This document shows, piece after piece, positions 59,804 to 64,000 of a DNA stretch of 64,000 nt; position 1 is the stretch's first letter, and every line of letters begins with the position of its first letter. Where the stretch lies: contig NC_043019.1 in NCBI RefSeq assembly GCF_006345805.1, forward strand, positions 4,773,360 to 4,837,359. Direction: 5' to 3'. Made by a program: the position numbers and the translations under genes. Source of the stretch: Octopus sinensis. Its lineage: Eukaryota. Below the pieces are notes generated by a model, which was not told the DNA's origin, did not search any database, and saw only the letters and a program-made list of their open reading frames with translations.

Positions 59804-60364
59804 TAATAATAATAAAATAATAATAATAATATAATGCCATTTTCGCAGTTGTCATTTTAATTGAACGCGCATTATATTCGATAATTCCGATAAAAAAAAG
59901 AATTTCAGGGATATTTACCTGTGCATCTAATGATATTTTTAAATATTATGGAAAAAAAAACACGTTTGACATTCTGGAAAACTACTGCAACAATGCGATG
60001 GAAATGAAGTGGATTTGCTGAAAGAATTAGCTTCACATCTCAGAAATACAAATCATTGAATTTGAAACATATAACTAAGCAGGTCAATATAGTTAAATTC
60101 AATGCGCTATTCACTCTCAAATTGAAATTATACGCAAAGCTAAAATCTTTGTGTTCATCTACAGACATCTTCTTCAAGAAGCTATTCAGTAAATTTAGGA
60201 AGCTATTCAATGGGTAGACTGTTAAAGCTAGTTATAGTTGCTTCACGAATAGTGACAATAAAGATACTTCAGAAAATACAGCTGTAGAGATGACAGCTGT
60301 AATCGTAAAAATAAAAACAGAGTATTTTCCCTTGGTCGTCAGTGGTTATATGTTAACACACCAG

Positions 60365-60667
60365 CACTTATTCTATCGGTCTCTTTTGCCGAACCGCTAA
60401 GTGACGAGGACGTAAGCACACCAGCATCGGTTGTCAAGCAATGCTAGAGGGACAAACACAGACACACAAACACACACACACACATATATATATATACATA
60501 TATACGACAGGCTTCTTTCAGTTTCCGTCTACTAAATCCACTCACAAGGCATTGGTCGGCCCGGTGCTATAGCAGAAGACACTTGCCCAAGATGCCACGC
60601 AGTGGGACTGAACCCGGAACCATGTGGTTGGTAAGTAAACTACTTACCACACAGCCACTCCTGCGCC
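60365..60667 (-). mobile_element. SINE-A lacking its 3' end
   Basis: Consensus match. Confidence 0.88.
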
Positions 60668-60699
60668 TATATATATACATATCATAATATTCATAATGT

Positions 60700-61250
60700 G
60701 TGTGTCCGTCGTTGTCGACGATGACCAAGGACATCACATGGGAGGAGATGGGTCGCGGTCCGTCCGGCTGTGGTTGATCAGGTCGATGCGTGCTTGAAAG
60801 GTTCTGCCGCAAGTCGGGCAGGGCACTAGTGATCTACTAGGAATGAAAGCAAGGAGTTGGCTCTGGACTTGCACAGCTCACGTTTTCTTCATGCTCCTGC
60901 GATCCTATTCTGCTCATTGGAGGTGACACCTCTGTTGGTGCTGCTACCAACAGGGCAGGGTTGTCCTGTGCTTGCATTTCTCAGATGTCGGTGTTGAGCT
61001 GAAAGCAATTCATCGAGGTTTTAAATGTATCTTTGAAGCCCCGTTTCTGCCCACCTTGTGTGTGCTTGCCCTCTTCCACTTCACTGTAAAGCAGTCTTGG
61101 GTATTTGTAGATCAGGCACTGGGAACAAGGTGGCCTGCTTACCTGACCTGCGCTCTCCTCAGCAATGTCTAAACGCTTGGCAGATCATCTCAGGAGAGGA
61201 CCTCAGTGTCTTGGACCTTGTGTTGCCAGCTTTCTCAGACAGTTCACAAA
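60700..61250 (-). mobile_element. Decayed RTE-clade LINE 3' end with C-terminal CxxC motif
   Basis: Broken frames give LLYSEVEEGKHTQGGQKRGFKDTFK, EQNRIAGA*RKRE and CPTCGRTFQARIDLINHSRT. Confidence 0.75.
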
Positions 61251-61554
61251 ACAGAAAGTCATAGACAGTCAGATACATACAGCGTGTATGTATACTTACA
61301 TGCATATTTACGGACATACACACATACACACACTACTACAAATATACATATTATATACTACCATGGGATTGTTCGTAACAGCAAGTTATTCACATATAAA
61401 ATAAACTACGCAATACTTTATGATGTAGAGTTAAATATATTTCTTTGGGAAGTATGCTGCTTTATATATATTCGTTCCAATCCCCGTGACTTTTTAAAAG
61501 TTATATATTATAGATATTAATATATAACATGAAATATACGATGTGCAATATGAT

Positions 61555-63639
<2,085 letters not shown>

Positions 63640-63940
63640 GGTTTCGAGTTAGATTTGACAGTTTGCACAAAAAGAAAAAAAAGCACACTCACCCATCCAA
63701 AAATAAAAGTTTTTTCAAACATCAAAGAGTATCGACTAAATTATTGTTGGGAGATGGCAGTTTAGTCCAAGTTATCTGCCCTTGGTGTCCACCTTAGCCT
63801 CCAGATGGGGTCCGAAACCTTGTGCATGCGTTTCTCATTGTGTTCCTGGGAAGATCTTCGAACACCTCCTTGATCTTGGCCACCAGCTCGGCCTCGATGT
63901 CGCAGGTAGAGCAGTTGGTGTCATTCATTCTCAACTGCAC
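63640..63940 (-). mobile_element. Tc1/mariner-superfamily transposase C-terminal remnant ending at TA
   Basis: DTNCSTCDIEAELVAKIKEVFEDLPRNTMRNACTRFR; element end abuts (TA)n. Confidence 0.6.
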
Positions 63941-63962
63941 TTTATGCATATATATTACACAC

Positions 63963-64000
63963 AAGTCCTGGGGTCGATTTGATTCGACTAAAGGCGGTGC
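63963..64000 (+). mobile_element. SINE-A 3' fragment at window edge
   Basis: AAGTCCTGGGGTCGATTTGATTCGACTAAAGGCGGTGC. Confidence 0.75.

Overview
AT-rich, microsatellite-saturated animal DNA with one 100-N gap (18858-18957). It is most likely from an octopus, inferred from the tRNA-headed SINE families and repeat load, not from a marker gene. No host protein-coding gene can be supported; nearly all listed ORFs are microsatellite or SINE translations. The window is a dense mobile-element landscape: (i) tRNA-derived SINE families (my labels A, B, C, E); (ii) decayed non-LTR retrotransposon pieces (RTE/RTE-X, Tx1/L1-like, restriction-like-endonuclease R4/Dong-type); (iii) Tc1/mariner, piggyBac-like and other TIR elements; (iv) non-autonomous Helitrons. 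The best leads are: a complete-looking type I hammerhead ribozyme on the minus strand (45183-45281), with a second half-copy 664 nt away in a Penelope/retrozyme-like arrangement; SINE-B head-to-tail multimers with an invariant junction, plus inter-family chimeras pointing to RT template jumping; three different R4/Dong-type 3' ends stacked in (TAA)n; a pseudoknotted 5' end on a microsatellite-anchored element; a Helitron 3'-terminus array; and a SINE flanked by a 152-bp direct repeat. All alignments and folds were done by eye; no database search was run.
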